Assembly: GCA_965242525.1 (NCBI GenBank)
Contig: OZ251459.1
Span: forward strand, 960,001-1,024,000
Direction: 5' to 3'
Source of the DNA: an uncultured Candidatus Binatia bacterium
Lineage (GTDB): Bacteria > Desulfobacterota > Binatia > UBA9968 > JAJDTQ01
Length of the DNA: 64,000 bases
Positions 36,701 to 43,783 of the stretch are shown here, piece after piece. The translations under genes were made by a program, and so were the position numbers. Position 1 is the first letter of the stretch; each line of letters starts with the position of its first letter. The notes beneath the pieces were generated by a model, which saw only the letters and a program-made list of their open reading frames with translations, was not told the origin of the DNA and ran no database searches.

Positions 36701-39224
36701 CCCCGCTCGGCGCCCCCGCGGCCGGCTGCTGGGGCGTCCCGCTCACTTCCCCGGAGGCCGCGCTGTCCGGGGCATTCATGTGGGTGGCGATGACCTGCAC
36801 GTCGTATTCCGTGCCCGCGGTCAGGCCGGTGATGGTGTGGCTCGTGCCGCTGGCCGTCGCCTGCCGGTCGGTGGTGTTGTACACTTGGCTCCCGGACTTC
36901 CACTGCACCTTGTACCCGCTCGCGCCGGTCACCGCGTTCCAGGAAACGATGAGGCTGGCCACCGCCGGCGTCACCGTCACCCCGCCCGGGGCGCCCGGCG
37001 GCGGCGACTGGGCCGTCCCGCTCGTGTCCGATGAGGCCGCGCTGTCCGGGGCGTTCGTGCGGGTGGAGATGACCCGCACGTCGTAGGACGTGCCCCCGGT
37101 CAGGCCGGTGATGGTGTGGCTCGTGCCGGTGGCCGTCGCCTGCCGGGTGGCGGCGTCGTACGACTGGCCCGGGCCCTTCCACTGCACCTTGTAGCCGCTC
37201 GCGTTGGTCGCAGCAGTCCAGGTAACCGTGAGGCTCTCCACCGCCGGCGTCACCGTCACTCCGCTCGGCACGCCCGGCGCCGCGTACTGGGCCGTCCCGG
37301 TCCTTTCCGAGGAGGCCGCGCTGTCCGGGGCGTTCGTGCGGGTGGCGATGACCCGCACCGTGTATTCCGTGCCCGCGGTCAGGCTGCTGATGGTGTGGCT
37401 CGTGCTGCTGGACGTCGCCTGCCGGTCGCCGGTGTTGTACACCTGCATCCCGGACTTCCACTGCACCTTGTAGCCGTTCGCGTTGGCCGCAGCGGTCCAG
37501 GAGACCACGAGGCTGCCCACCGCCGGCGTCACCGTCACCCCGCTCGGCACGCCCGCGGCCGGGTACCGGGCCGTCCCGGTCGCTTCCGAGGAGGCCGTGC
37601 CGTCCGGGGCGTTCGTGCGGGTGGCGATGACCCGCACGTCGTAGGACGTGCCCGCGGTCAGGCCGGTGATGGTGTAGCTCGTGCCGGTGGTGGTCGCCTG
37701 CCGGGTGGCGGCGTCGTACGCCTGGGCCCCGGACTTCCACTGCACCTTGTAGCCGTCCGCGTTGGCCGCGGCGGTCCAGGAGACCGTGAGGCTCTGCACC
37801 GCCGGCGCCACCGTCACGCTGCCCGGCACGCCCGCGGCCGGATACCGGGCTGTCCCGGTCGCTTCCGAGGAGGCCGCGCTGTCCGCGGCGTTCGTGCGAG
37901 TGGCGATGACCTGCACGTCGTAGGACGCGCCCCCGGTCAGGCCGGTGATGGTGTAACTCGTGCCGGTGGTCGTCGCCTGCCGCGTGGCGGCGTCGTACGC
38001 CTGGCCCCCGGTCTTCCACTGCACCTTGTAGCCGTCCGCGTTGGCCGCGGCGGTCCAGGAGACCGTGAGGCTCTGCACCGCCGGCGTCGCCGTCACGCTG
38101 CCCGGCACGCCCGCGGCCGGGTACTGGGCTATCCCGCTCGTTTCCGTGGAGGCCGCGCTGTCCGGGGCGTTCGCGCGGGTGGCGATGACCTGCACGTCGT
38201 AGGACGTGCCCGCGGTCAGGCCGGTGATGGTATGGCTCGTGCCGGTCACCGTCGCCTGCCGCGCGGAAGCGTCGTACGCCTGGCTCCCGGACTTCCACTG
38301 CACCTTGTAGCCGCTCGCGTTGGCCGAGGCGGTCCAGGAGACCACCAGGCTGCTCAACGCCGGCGTCACCGTCACCCCGCTCGGCACGCCCGCGGCCGGG
38401 TACTGCGGCGTCCCGGTCTCTTCCGAGGAGGCCGCGCTGTCCGAGGCGCCCGTGCGGGTGGAGATGACCCGCACCGTGTATTCCGTGCCCCCGGTCAGGC
38501 CGGTGATGGTGTGGCTCGTGCCGGTCACCGTCGCCTGCCGCGCGGAAGCGTCGTAGGCCTGGCTCCCGGACTTCCACTGCACCTTGTAGCCGTTCGCGTT
38601 GGTCCCGGCGGTCCAGGACACCACGAGGCTCTGCACCCCCGGCGTCACCGTTACCCCGCTCGGCGCGCCCGGCGGCGGCGCGTTGGTCGTGGTGGTCACG
38701 GTCGCCCAACCGGTACGGTCGGCCCCGCTATTCTCCAGCCTTACGCGCGTCTCGTAACTCGTGCCGGGACTCAGCCCGGTCCTCGTATATGTGATAGTCG
38801 CTGCCGAGGTAGCGTTGAGACGAGTAATAAAAAGAGTGTCATTCGGGGCGCCGGGTTTGGGCCTGCCAACTCTGTATCGAACCGCACCGCTGGCGCACGA
38901 CGGCCGACCCCAAGAGTATGAGATCGAGGTCTGGGTCTTCGACGTGACCTGGAAGTTCGATACCATTTCCGACTCCAAGCACACCGCCTCGGCGGTGCGT
39001 GGGACGGCGGCGAACGCCGCGGCGGCGAAGACGGTCAGAGCCAGCAGGCTGACGATGCGACGGGACCTCATTGCCTTGCCCTCCCGCGGGGCGCCATTGC
39101 CGCCTCTCCCGGACCTGGGGGGGGGGGGGGGGGGGGGCAAGTTGCGGGAAGGCGCTCCGCGAACGCCTCGTCCCCGGTCGAGACAACCGGCTGTGAGCAA
39201 CGGGTCGGAAGTGGCAAGCATCAT
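33708..39224 (-). CDS. Fibronectin type III-repeat autotransporter adhesin (alternative start 39071)
   Basis: Signal peptide MRSRRIVSLLALTVFAAAAFAA...AEA, 1 divergent plus 10 near-identical FN3 repeats, Pro-rich linker, Ig-like (LPPGLRFDP...LSGTPT) domain and C-terminal beta-barrel ending LNLRVRW. AGGAGG 5 nt before ATG 39224; GGAGG 8 nt before ATG 39071. Confidence 0.88.
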   Translation of the reverse strand: MMLATSDPLLTAGCLDRGRGVRGAPSRNLPPPPPPPRSGRGGNGAPREGKAMRSRRIVSLLALTVFAAAAFAAVPRTAEAVCLESEMVSNFQVTSKTQTSISYSWGRPSCASGAVRYRVGRPKPGAPNDTLFITRLNATSAATITYTRTGLSPGTSYETRVRLENSGADRTGWATVTTTTNAPPPGAPSGVTVTPGVQSLVVSWTAGTNANGYKVQWKSGSQAYDASARQATVTGTSHTITGLTGGTEYTVRVISTRTGASDSAASSEETGTPQYPAAGVPSGVTVTPALSSLVVSWTASANASGYKVQWKSGSQAYDASARQATVTGTSHTITGLTAGTSYDVQVIATRANAPDSAASTETSGIAQYPAAGVPGSVTATPAVQSLTVSWTAAANADGYKVQWKTGGQAYDAATRQATTTGTSYTITGLTGGASYDVQVIATRTNAADSAASSEATGTARYPAAGVPGSVTVAPAVQSLTVSWTAAANADGYKVQWKSGAQAYDAATRQATTTGTSYTITGLTAGTSYDVRVIATRTNAPDGTASSEATGTARYPAAGVPSGVTVTPAVGSLVVSWTAAANANGYKVQWKSGMQVYNTGDRQATSSSTSHTISSLTAGTEYTVRVIATRTNAPDSAASSERTGTAQYAAPGVPSGVTVTPAVESLTVTWTAATNASGYKVQWKGPGQSYDAATRQATATGTSHTITGLTGGTSYDVRVISTRTNAPDSAASSDTSGTAQSPPPGAPGGVTVTPAVASLIVSWNAVTGASGYKVQWKSGSQVYNTTDRQATASGTSHTITGLTAGTEYDVQVIATHMNAPDSAASGEVSGTPQQPAAGAPSGVTATPAVESLAVSWTAGTNANGYKVQWKSGSQGYDAATRQATVSSGTSYTITSLTGGTEYTIRVISTRTNAPDSAASSEETGIPQQPPPGVPSNVRAAPAGLTSLTVSWDAVTGASGYKVQWKSGAQVYDTSARQETATGTSHVITGLTQGTEYTVRVITTNTNAPDSAASAEATGTPTLPPPAQVTVAPAADSPTDSLAVSWSAVADASGYKVQWKSGSEEYDPAEREAEVTTGTSHVITGLDTGTTYTVRVISTHSTEPDSQPSSEATGTPEDPPPPPSPVPPRPETLIDVGSDAGETEHTVRGRTVTVVVEEGVPAGIELDLASLPEPATENERLTLTFSPVADPPAGQGVNLGPAAARTVVDVSVQVGTVPSAGVRLCLPVPQGLRDAAGGRRLLLLHYDGETWSEVEGSSESGGRVCASGIASFSFFAVGYEDTRPVFPSDFTMTRMVFALGRDVRVVLPAASGGDGTEHALLPQPQVLPPGLRFDPASRTLSGTPTEEFPRRAYRWTATDRDGQTAELEFTIEVLSAKTLSRARLKRVNEAILPELSRAMWGGAMEAVARRVEEMAQGVGGGTVGEGLDRVAEMLEGHEEASRKGELNWNRMVSGRWLSLGLSEGGGGTGGVSDLGLWGSGDYRSLLVKGTDVGDWEGEVYGGNVGMDGVWGQELWGGRLLGGLSGSWYESRAEYGAGAAPGRHEGWMVSVQPYMGWLSGDGGWSVWTAVGYGEGEVRIVDEELAGRYGEQKSGSRLAGGALGGRMGLLEVGRTRVEMKGEGRVAQLKVDDNGELIAGVTVETYRLRTAVEGTTRWGALELRSEFGARWDGGDGQTGAGIESGGALAYAFPGSGLRLEGNWRGLAWHGGKVHEWGAGGSVSWVSGTEGLGWLLKVAPSWGETGSGVGRLWEERLADAGSDRSRVPGGRVETEMGYGIGLSGRGVWTPYAGAGLWGDGGRKYRVGSRLKGKGSLALDLEAERRERRTARPEHGVNLNLRVRW
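35890..38670 (-). repeat. Ten tandem ~279-bp (93-aa) FN3 coding repeats
   Basis: GYKVQWK occurs 10 times; the caccttgta motif recurs at ~279-bp spacing between ~36060 and ~38580. Confidence 0.92.
39117..39137. repeat. G21 homopolymer (C21 on coding strand), candidate phase-variation tract
   Basis: 21 consecutive G on the plus strand, encoding 7 Pro in the leader of the autotransporter ORF. Confidence 0.85.
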
Positions 39225-39292
39225 TGGTTCCTCCTGGTCGTCCGCACGCGCCCCCACGCGAGCACGTCGGAATTTGGCGCTTCAGGATTCGT

Positions 39293-39401
39293 GGAAACTC
39301 TGAACGATTACCCCGTTCGTCCCGAACGTAGCGAAGCGAAGTCGAAGGACGCGCTTTCCCACAGGGAGAGGGGGTTCAAACCGGAATTGTTCAGGGTTTC
39401 C
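39293..39401. mobile_element. MITE-like element with REP-like core
   Basis: Inverted ends ggaaactctgaacgat / attgttcagggtttcc enclosing the core. Confidence 0.8.
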
Positions 39402-39460
39402 TTTCTATTGTACCTGCCTACACCCGAAATTTCCACTTCAAGAATTGTCCAATGGCAAGT

Positions 39461-39709
39461 GGCGCTTCAGGAATTCGTGTGGGTTGCGACACTCCCTATC
39501 CCGTCATTCCCGCGAAAGCGGGAATCCAGACCTTGCGAGCAAACCCCATGGAGCCCTGTATGAGAGGTTTGTACAACGAGAGCGAGGAAAGTGGATGGAT
39601 TCCCGCTTTCGCGGGAATGACGGGGGTGGGCGTTTGCGGAGCAATGACGGCCTGACCTCTGTCCTTCCCCTTTCCCTCCTGCCTTTCCCACACGAATTCC
39701 TGAAGAGCC
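39461..39709. mobile_element. Second MITE-like element (23-bp TIRs) carrying two inverted ATTCCC-N8-GGGAAT (dRS3-like) palindromes
   Basis: ggcgcttcaggaattcgtgtggg (39461-39483) vs cccacacgaattcctgaagagcc (39687-39709), 22/23 match; internal gtcattcccgcgaaagcgggaatcca and its reverse copy. Confidence 0.75.
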
Positions 39710-39863
39710 TGGTAAGTGAGCATGGAGGGGAGGGAAGAATCCAACGGTAAGCGAGCACGAGCAGGCCCGGGATGGCGCAGACTGGGGGAATGGGACGGCG
39801 CCGAGATGAGGAAGGCTGAACGGAGCCGGCTCCCCCTCGGGAAGGCGCTCCTTCTGTCGGGTC

Positions 39864-39921
39864 ATTTCTCCTTCTGAAAAGGAGAAATTTCTGCTATATT
39901 CTCCTTCTCGCAAGGAGAATA
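39864..39921. promoter_or_regulatory. Two tandem operator-like palindromes overlapping an extended -10 and the RBS
   Basis: ATTTCTCCTT-N5-AAGGAGAAAT (39864-39888) and TATTCTCCTT-N5-AAGGAGAATA (39897-39921); TGCTATATT at 39892-39900. Confidence 0.7.
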
Positions 39922-39928
39922 CAGGATA

Positions 39929-41272
39929 TTGGAAGCAGTCCCGACAACCTTCCGGCAAGTGCTGGCCGAACAGATCGCCGGATCCATGCAAGCGCCGCCT
40001 CCCTCCCATACCCCCCGCCGCGTGCACGGGCTTACGCGGTTCCCGGGCAAGGCCACTGCGGTGGTGGGCATGCGCCGGGCCGGCAAGACTACCTTCCTGC
40101 ACCAGTTGCGGCAGGAGTTCCTGGCGTCGGGCGCGGACCCGTCCCGGGCGCCCTGCGTTTCGTTCGAGGACGAGCGGCTCACCGGACTGGAGGGCCGCCA
40201 TCTGGACTTGCTCCTCGACGAGCACCAGCGCCTTTCGACCGCGGAACCGGGCGCTTCGCCGGTCATGTGGTGCTTCGACGAGATCCAGTTGGCGCCCGGC
40301 TGGGAGCGTTTCGTGCGGCGGTTGCTGGACACCGAGGCCGTGCAGGTGTTCGTCACCGGTTCCTCCGCGGCGCTGCTGTCCCGCGAGATCGCCACCTCGT
40401 TGCGCGGCCGGGCGTGGCAGGTGCTCATGCACCCGTTCGGGTTCGACGAGGCGCTGCGCCATCGCGGCGTGGAGGTCCCGGAACGGACGGACGTCCTGCC
40501 CCGCAAGGAGCGCGTGCGCCTTGAACGGGAGTTCGCGGCGTGGCTGGTTGCCGGCGGGTTTCCGGAAGCCCAGGGGCTGGACGACGCGGCCCGGCATCGA
40601 TTGCTGCGCGATTACGTGGACGTGGCCGTGCTCCGCGACGTGGTGGAACGCCACGGGGTCGGCAACGTTACCGGCCTCCGGTGGCTCGTGCGCCAGTTGC
40701 TCGGGAACGCGGGCGGGTCGTTCAGCGTCGAGAAGTTCCACGCGGCGCTCAGGTCCCAGGGCATCGCCATCGCCAGGGATACGGTGCACCAACTCCTCGG
40801 CTACCTCGAAGACTGCTTCCTCGTGCGCGTGGTCTGGATGGAGTCGCACTCCGAGCGCCAACGCATGGTCAACCCGCGCAAGGCGTATCCGGTGGATGCG
40901 GGCCTGACCCCCGTGTTCGACCGCACGGGCCGCGCCAACGTCGGGCACGCGCTGGAGACCGCGGTGTTCATCGAGCTGGAGCGGCGGCGGCTCGACGTGA
41001 GCTACGTGCGCACTAGGCAGGGATACGAGGTGGACTTCCTGGCCCGCCGGGCGGACGGGCGCCGGGAGTTGATCCAGGTCTGCGCCGACGCGTCGGACCG
41101 GGACGCCGCGGAACGCGAGCTCCGCGCCCTGACCGCGGCCGGGGAGCAGTTCCCCGACGCCGGAATGCGCCTGCTGACCCTCACCCGCGACGGTATTCCC
41201 GACCCGCTGCCGGACGGCGTCGCGGCGCAGCCGGCCTGGGCCTGGATGCTCGATACCGGCGACCGCGGTTGA
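39929..41272 (+). CDS. AAA+ ATPase (AAA_14) with C-terminal DUF4143 / PD-(D/E)xK-like domain
   Basis: GMRRAGKT, FDEIQ, VTGSS, LRGR, GGFPE, RKAYPVDAG, LETAV..EL, EVDF...LIQV; start uncertain (TTG). Confidence 0.85.
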   Translation: MEAVPTTFRQVLAEQIAGSMQAPPPSHTPRRVHGLTRFPGKATAVVGMRRAGKTTFLHQLRQEFLASGADPSRAPCVSFEDERLTGLEGRHLDLLLDEHQRLSTAEPGASPVMWCFDEIQLAPGWERFVRRLLDTEAVQVFVTGSSAALLSREIATSLRGRAWQVLMHPFGFDEALRHRGVEVPERTDVLPRKERVRLEREFAAWLVAGGFPEAQGLDDAARHRLLRDYVDVAVLRDVVERHGVGNVTGLRWLVRQLLGNAGGSFSVEKFHAALRSQGIAIARDTVHQLLGYLEDCFLVRVVWMESHSERQRMVNPRKAYPVDAGLTPVFDRTGRANVGHALETAVFIELERRRLDVSYVRTRQGYEVDFLARRADGRRELIQVCADASDRDAAERELRALTAAGEQFPDAGMRLLTLTRDGIPDPLPDGVAAQPAWAWMLDTGDRG

Positions 41273-41285
41273 CCTGCGTCTTTCA

Positions 41286-41412
41286 GGAGACCCTGAACCA
41301 TCGGGACAGGGGAGGGCATGAGCGCGTCCTTCGACTTCGCTTCGCTACGCTCAGGACGAACGGAGGAATTCGCTTCGCTCGGGACGAACGGGGATAATCG
41401 TCCAGAGTTTGC
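41286..41412. mobile_element. MITE-like element with duplicated REP-like core
   Basis: Ends ggagaccctgaaccat / atcgtccagagtttgc. Confidence 0.75.
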
Positions 41413-41418
41413 TATAAT
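41410..41418 (+). promoter_or_regulatory. Extended -10 promoter (TGnTATAAT), probably giving a leaderless mRNA
   Basis: TGCTATAAT 6 nt before ATG 41425; no SD sequence in between. Confidence 0.65.
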
Positions 41419-41424
41419 GCTTCC

Positions 41425-43233
41425 ATGACTTACCGAAGCCTCGCCGACCTGTTCCTGTCCCAGGCGGACGCAAGGAAGGACCGCATCCTGTACCGTTTCT
41501 GGCGGGACGGGGCGTGGCGCAGCCAGACCTGGGCGGAAGCGGCCGCGGAGGTCGAGAGCATGGCCCTGGGACTGGTCGCCGCGGGAGTAGGGAAGGGCGA
41601 CCGCGTGGCCCTGTACGCCGCCAACCGGGTGGAGTGGTGCCTGCTGGACTGGGCGAACGTCTGCATCGGCGCCCTGACCGTCCCCCTCTATGCTTCCAGC
41701 ACCCCGGCCCAGGTCTCCTACGTGGTGGAGCATTCGGGGGCGTCGGTCCTGGTGGTGGACTCCCGGGCGAACCTGGAGAAGCTCCATGCGTCCGCGGCGG
41801 TCCCGGCCTCGGTGAAGACCACGGTGCTGCTGGACCCGGAGGCCGAGCCCCCGGGCTCCGACCGGGAGCGGCGCGTGTTCTCCCTGGAACGGTTGCAGGA
41901 GATGGGGCGGGACTACGGCCGGGAGCGCCCCGGCGTCTTCCGCGAGTTGGCCGGGGCGTTGACGCCGGAGGACGACCTCACCATCATCTACACCTCGGGC
42001 ACCACCGGGGAGCCCAAGGGCGTCCTCACCACCCACGGACACTACCTGTTCACCATCGCGTCGTCCCTGGCCGCCATGCCCGTCAGCGAGGACGACGTGG
42101 CCTTGCAGTTCCTGCCCCTGGCCCACTCCTTCGGGCGGCTGGAGCATTTCGTCGTGGTGGCGAGGGGCTACGTCTGCGCCTTCGCGCGGTCGGTGGAGAC
42201 CCTGTCCGCGGACCTGCAGGCGGTGCGGCCCACGCTGCTGTTCTCGGTGCCGCGGGTGTACGAGAACGCCCACCGGCGCATCCTCGGGCGGGTCGAGGGC
42301 AGCAGTCCCCTCAAGCAACGGCTCTTCCGATGGGCCCTCTCCGTGGGCAAACGGTACAACGACGCCGCCCGGAAGGGCTCGAGGCTCGGCCGATGGTTGC
42401 GGCTCCGCCACGGACTGGCGGACGCCCTGGTCCTCTCCAAAGTCAGGGCGGGCCTGGGCGGGCGGCTGCGGCTGGCCATATCGGGGGGCGCGCCGCTTTC
42501 GGCCCCCATCGCGGACTTCTTCCAGGCCCTGGGGGTCTGGATCGTGGAGGGCTACGGGCTTACCGAGACCTCGACAGTGACCCACGTGAACCGGCTGGAC
42601 CGCTACCGCATCGGCACGGTGGGGCTGCCCCTGGACGGGGTGGAGTGCCGCATCGCCGACGACGGGGAGATCCTCATCCGGGGCGCCAACGTGATGAAAG
42701 GCTACTTCAGGGAACCGGACGCCACGCGCGAGCAGGTCGGGGAGGACGGCTGGCTCCACACCGGGGACGTGGGCTCCGTCGAGGACGGGGGGTTCCTGCG
42801 CATCACCGACCGGAAGAAGGACCTCATCGTCACCTCCGGCGGCAAGAACGTCGCGCCGCAGATGGTCGAGAACCACCTGCGCCAGGAGCCGCTCATCAGC
42901 CAAGCCATGGTGTGGGGCGACCGGAGCAGCCATCTGGTGGCCCTGCTCACCCTGGACCCCGACGAGGCGCGTCGTTGGGCCGAGAAGGAAGGGGTCCGGT
43001 GGGAGCGGCCCGAGGAAGCGTCGTCCGACCCCCGCCTGGCCGCGCACCTCAGGCAACGGGTCCGCGAACGGAACCGGGAGCTGGCGGCTTTCGAGGCCGT
43101 CCGCGACTTCCGCATACTGCCGGAGGACTTCTCCACCCGCACCGGAGAGTTGACCCCCAGCCTGAAGCTGAAACGCCGGATCGTGAGGGAGCGCTACGGG
43201 GAGCTGCTCGACGAGATGCTGAAGCAGCGCTGA
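41425..43233 (+). CDS. fadD: Long-chain acyl-CoA synthetase (AMP-dependent)
   Basis: IIYTSGTTGEPKG, FLPLAH, EGYGLTET, WLHTGDVG, ITDRKKDLIVTSGGKNVAP, ELTPSLKLKR. Confidence 0.9.
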   Translation: MTYRSLADLFLSQADARKDRILYRFWRDGAWRSQTWAEAAAEVESMALGLVAAGVGKGDRVALYAANRVEWCLLDWANVCIGALTVPLYASSTPAQVSYVVEHSGASVLVVDSRANLEKLHASAAVPASVKTTVLLDPEAEPPGSDRERRVFSLERLQEMGRDYGRERPGVFRELAGALTPEDDLTIIYTSGTTGEPKGVLTTHGHYLFTIASSLAAMPVSEDDVALQFLPLAHSFGRLEHFVVVARGYVCAFARSVETLSADLQAVRPTLLFSVPRVYENAHRRILGRVEGSSPLKQRLFRWALSVGKRYNDAARKGSRLGRWLRLRHGLADALVLSKVRAGLGGRLRLAISGGAPLSAPIADFFQALGVWIVEGYGLTETSTVTHVNRLDRYRIGTVGLPLDGVECRIADDGEILIRGANVMKGYFREPDATREQVGEDGWLHTGDVGSVEDGGFLRITDRKKDLIVTSGGKNVAPQMVENHLRQEPLISQAMVWGDRSSHLVALLTLDPDEARRWAEKEGVRWERPEEASSDPRLAAHLRQRVRERNRELAAFEAVRDFRILPEDFSTRTGELTPSLKLKRRIVRERYGELLDEMLKQR

Positions 43234-43248
43234 ACGCGGAAAGTCCGA

Positions 43249-43324
43249 TGGAGGCGGCGGGCGGATTCGAACCGCCGCATGGAGGTTTTGCAGACCTCTC
43301 CCTTAACCACTTGGGTACGCCGCC
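43249..43324 (-). tRNA. tRNA-Cys(GCA)
   Basis: Minus strand GGCGGCGTACCCAAGTGGTTAAGGGAGAGGTCTGCAAAACCTCCATGCGGCGGTTCGAATCCGCCCGCCGCCTCCA; anticodon arm GAGGT-CTGCAAA-ACCTC. Confidence 0.97.
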
Positions 43325-43411
43325 GGACAGGGGAACGTGTAACACGGGCAGGGGAGGCTTTCAAGCGCCGGGAGGTTGAACAAACCCGGAAAATTGCCTA
43401 TTTTACCTTTC

Positions 43412-43559
43412 GGAAACCCTGAACGATTCAGGTGGCGTGAGCGCGTCCTTCGACTCCGCTTCGCTACGCTCAGGACGAACGGAGGTCTCCGCTTCGCTGG
43501 ACCGGGACGTGCTTTCCCACAGGGAGACGGAGTTCAAGCCGGGATTGTTCAGGGTTTCC
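43412..43559. mobile_element. MITE-like element with REP-like core
   Basis: Near-perfect ends ggaaaccctgaacgat / attgttcagggtttcc; both flanks ctttc (possible target duplication). Confidence 0.85.
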
Positions 43560-43570
43560 CTTTCAGGGCA

Positions 43571-43709
43571 GAAACCTTTGAACAATCGAGACATCCGGGA
43601 TGGATTCCCAATTCCTTCACCCTGACCTCTATCCCCGTTCGTCCTGAGCGTAGCGAAGCGGAGTCGAAGGACGCGCTCATGCCGCCTGTCCCGATTGTTC
43701 AGAGGTTCC
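43571..43709. mobile_element. MITE-like element with REP-like core (adjacent, opposite orientation)
   Basis: Ends gaaacctttgaacaatcg / cgattgttcagaggttcc; flanks ggca/ggta. Confidence 0.8.
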
Positions 43710-43783
43710 GGTAGTCGATTCCGGCCGCAAGGGCGCTCCTTGCGCGGTTGCGGCCGGTGGAACGGGTTGAGGAGCTTTCTTCC

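Noticed and set aside
34918-38709. 1263-aa alternative-frame repetitive ORF overlapping the adhesin
   Set aside because: Arg/Gly/His-rich shadow frame of the FN3 repeats with no credible RBS or domain; it is not the frame reached by leader slippage that stops at 38839.
38690-38984. Possible diversity-generating-retroelement target in the variable adhesin tip
   Set aside because: No reverse transcriptase and no template-repeat copy differing at adenines in the window.
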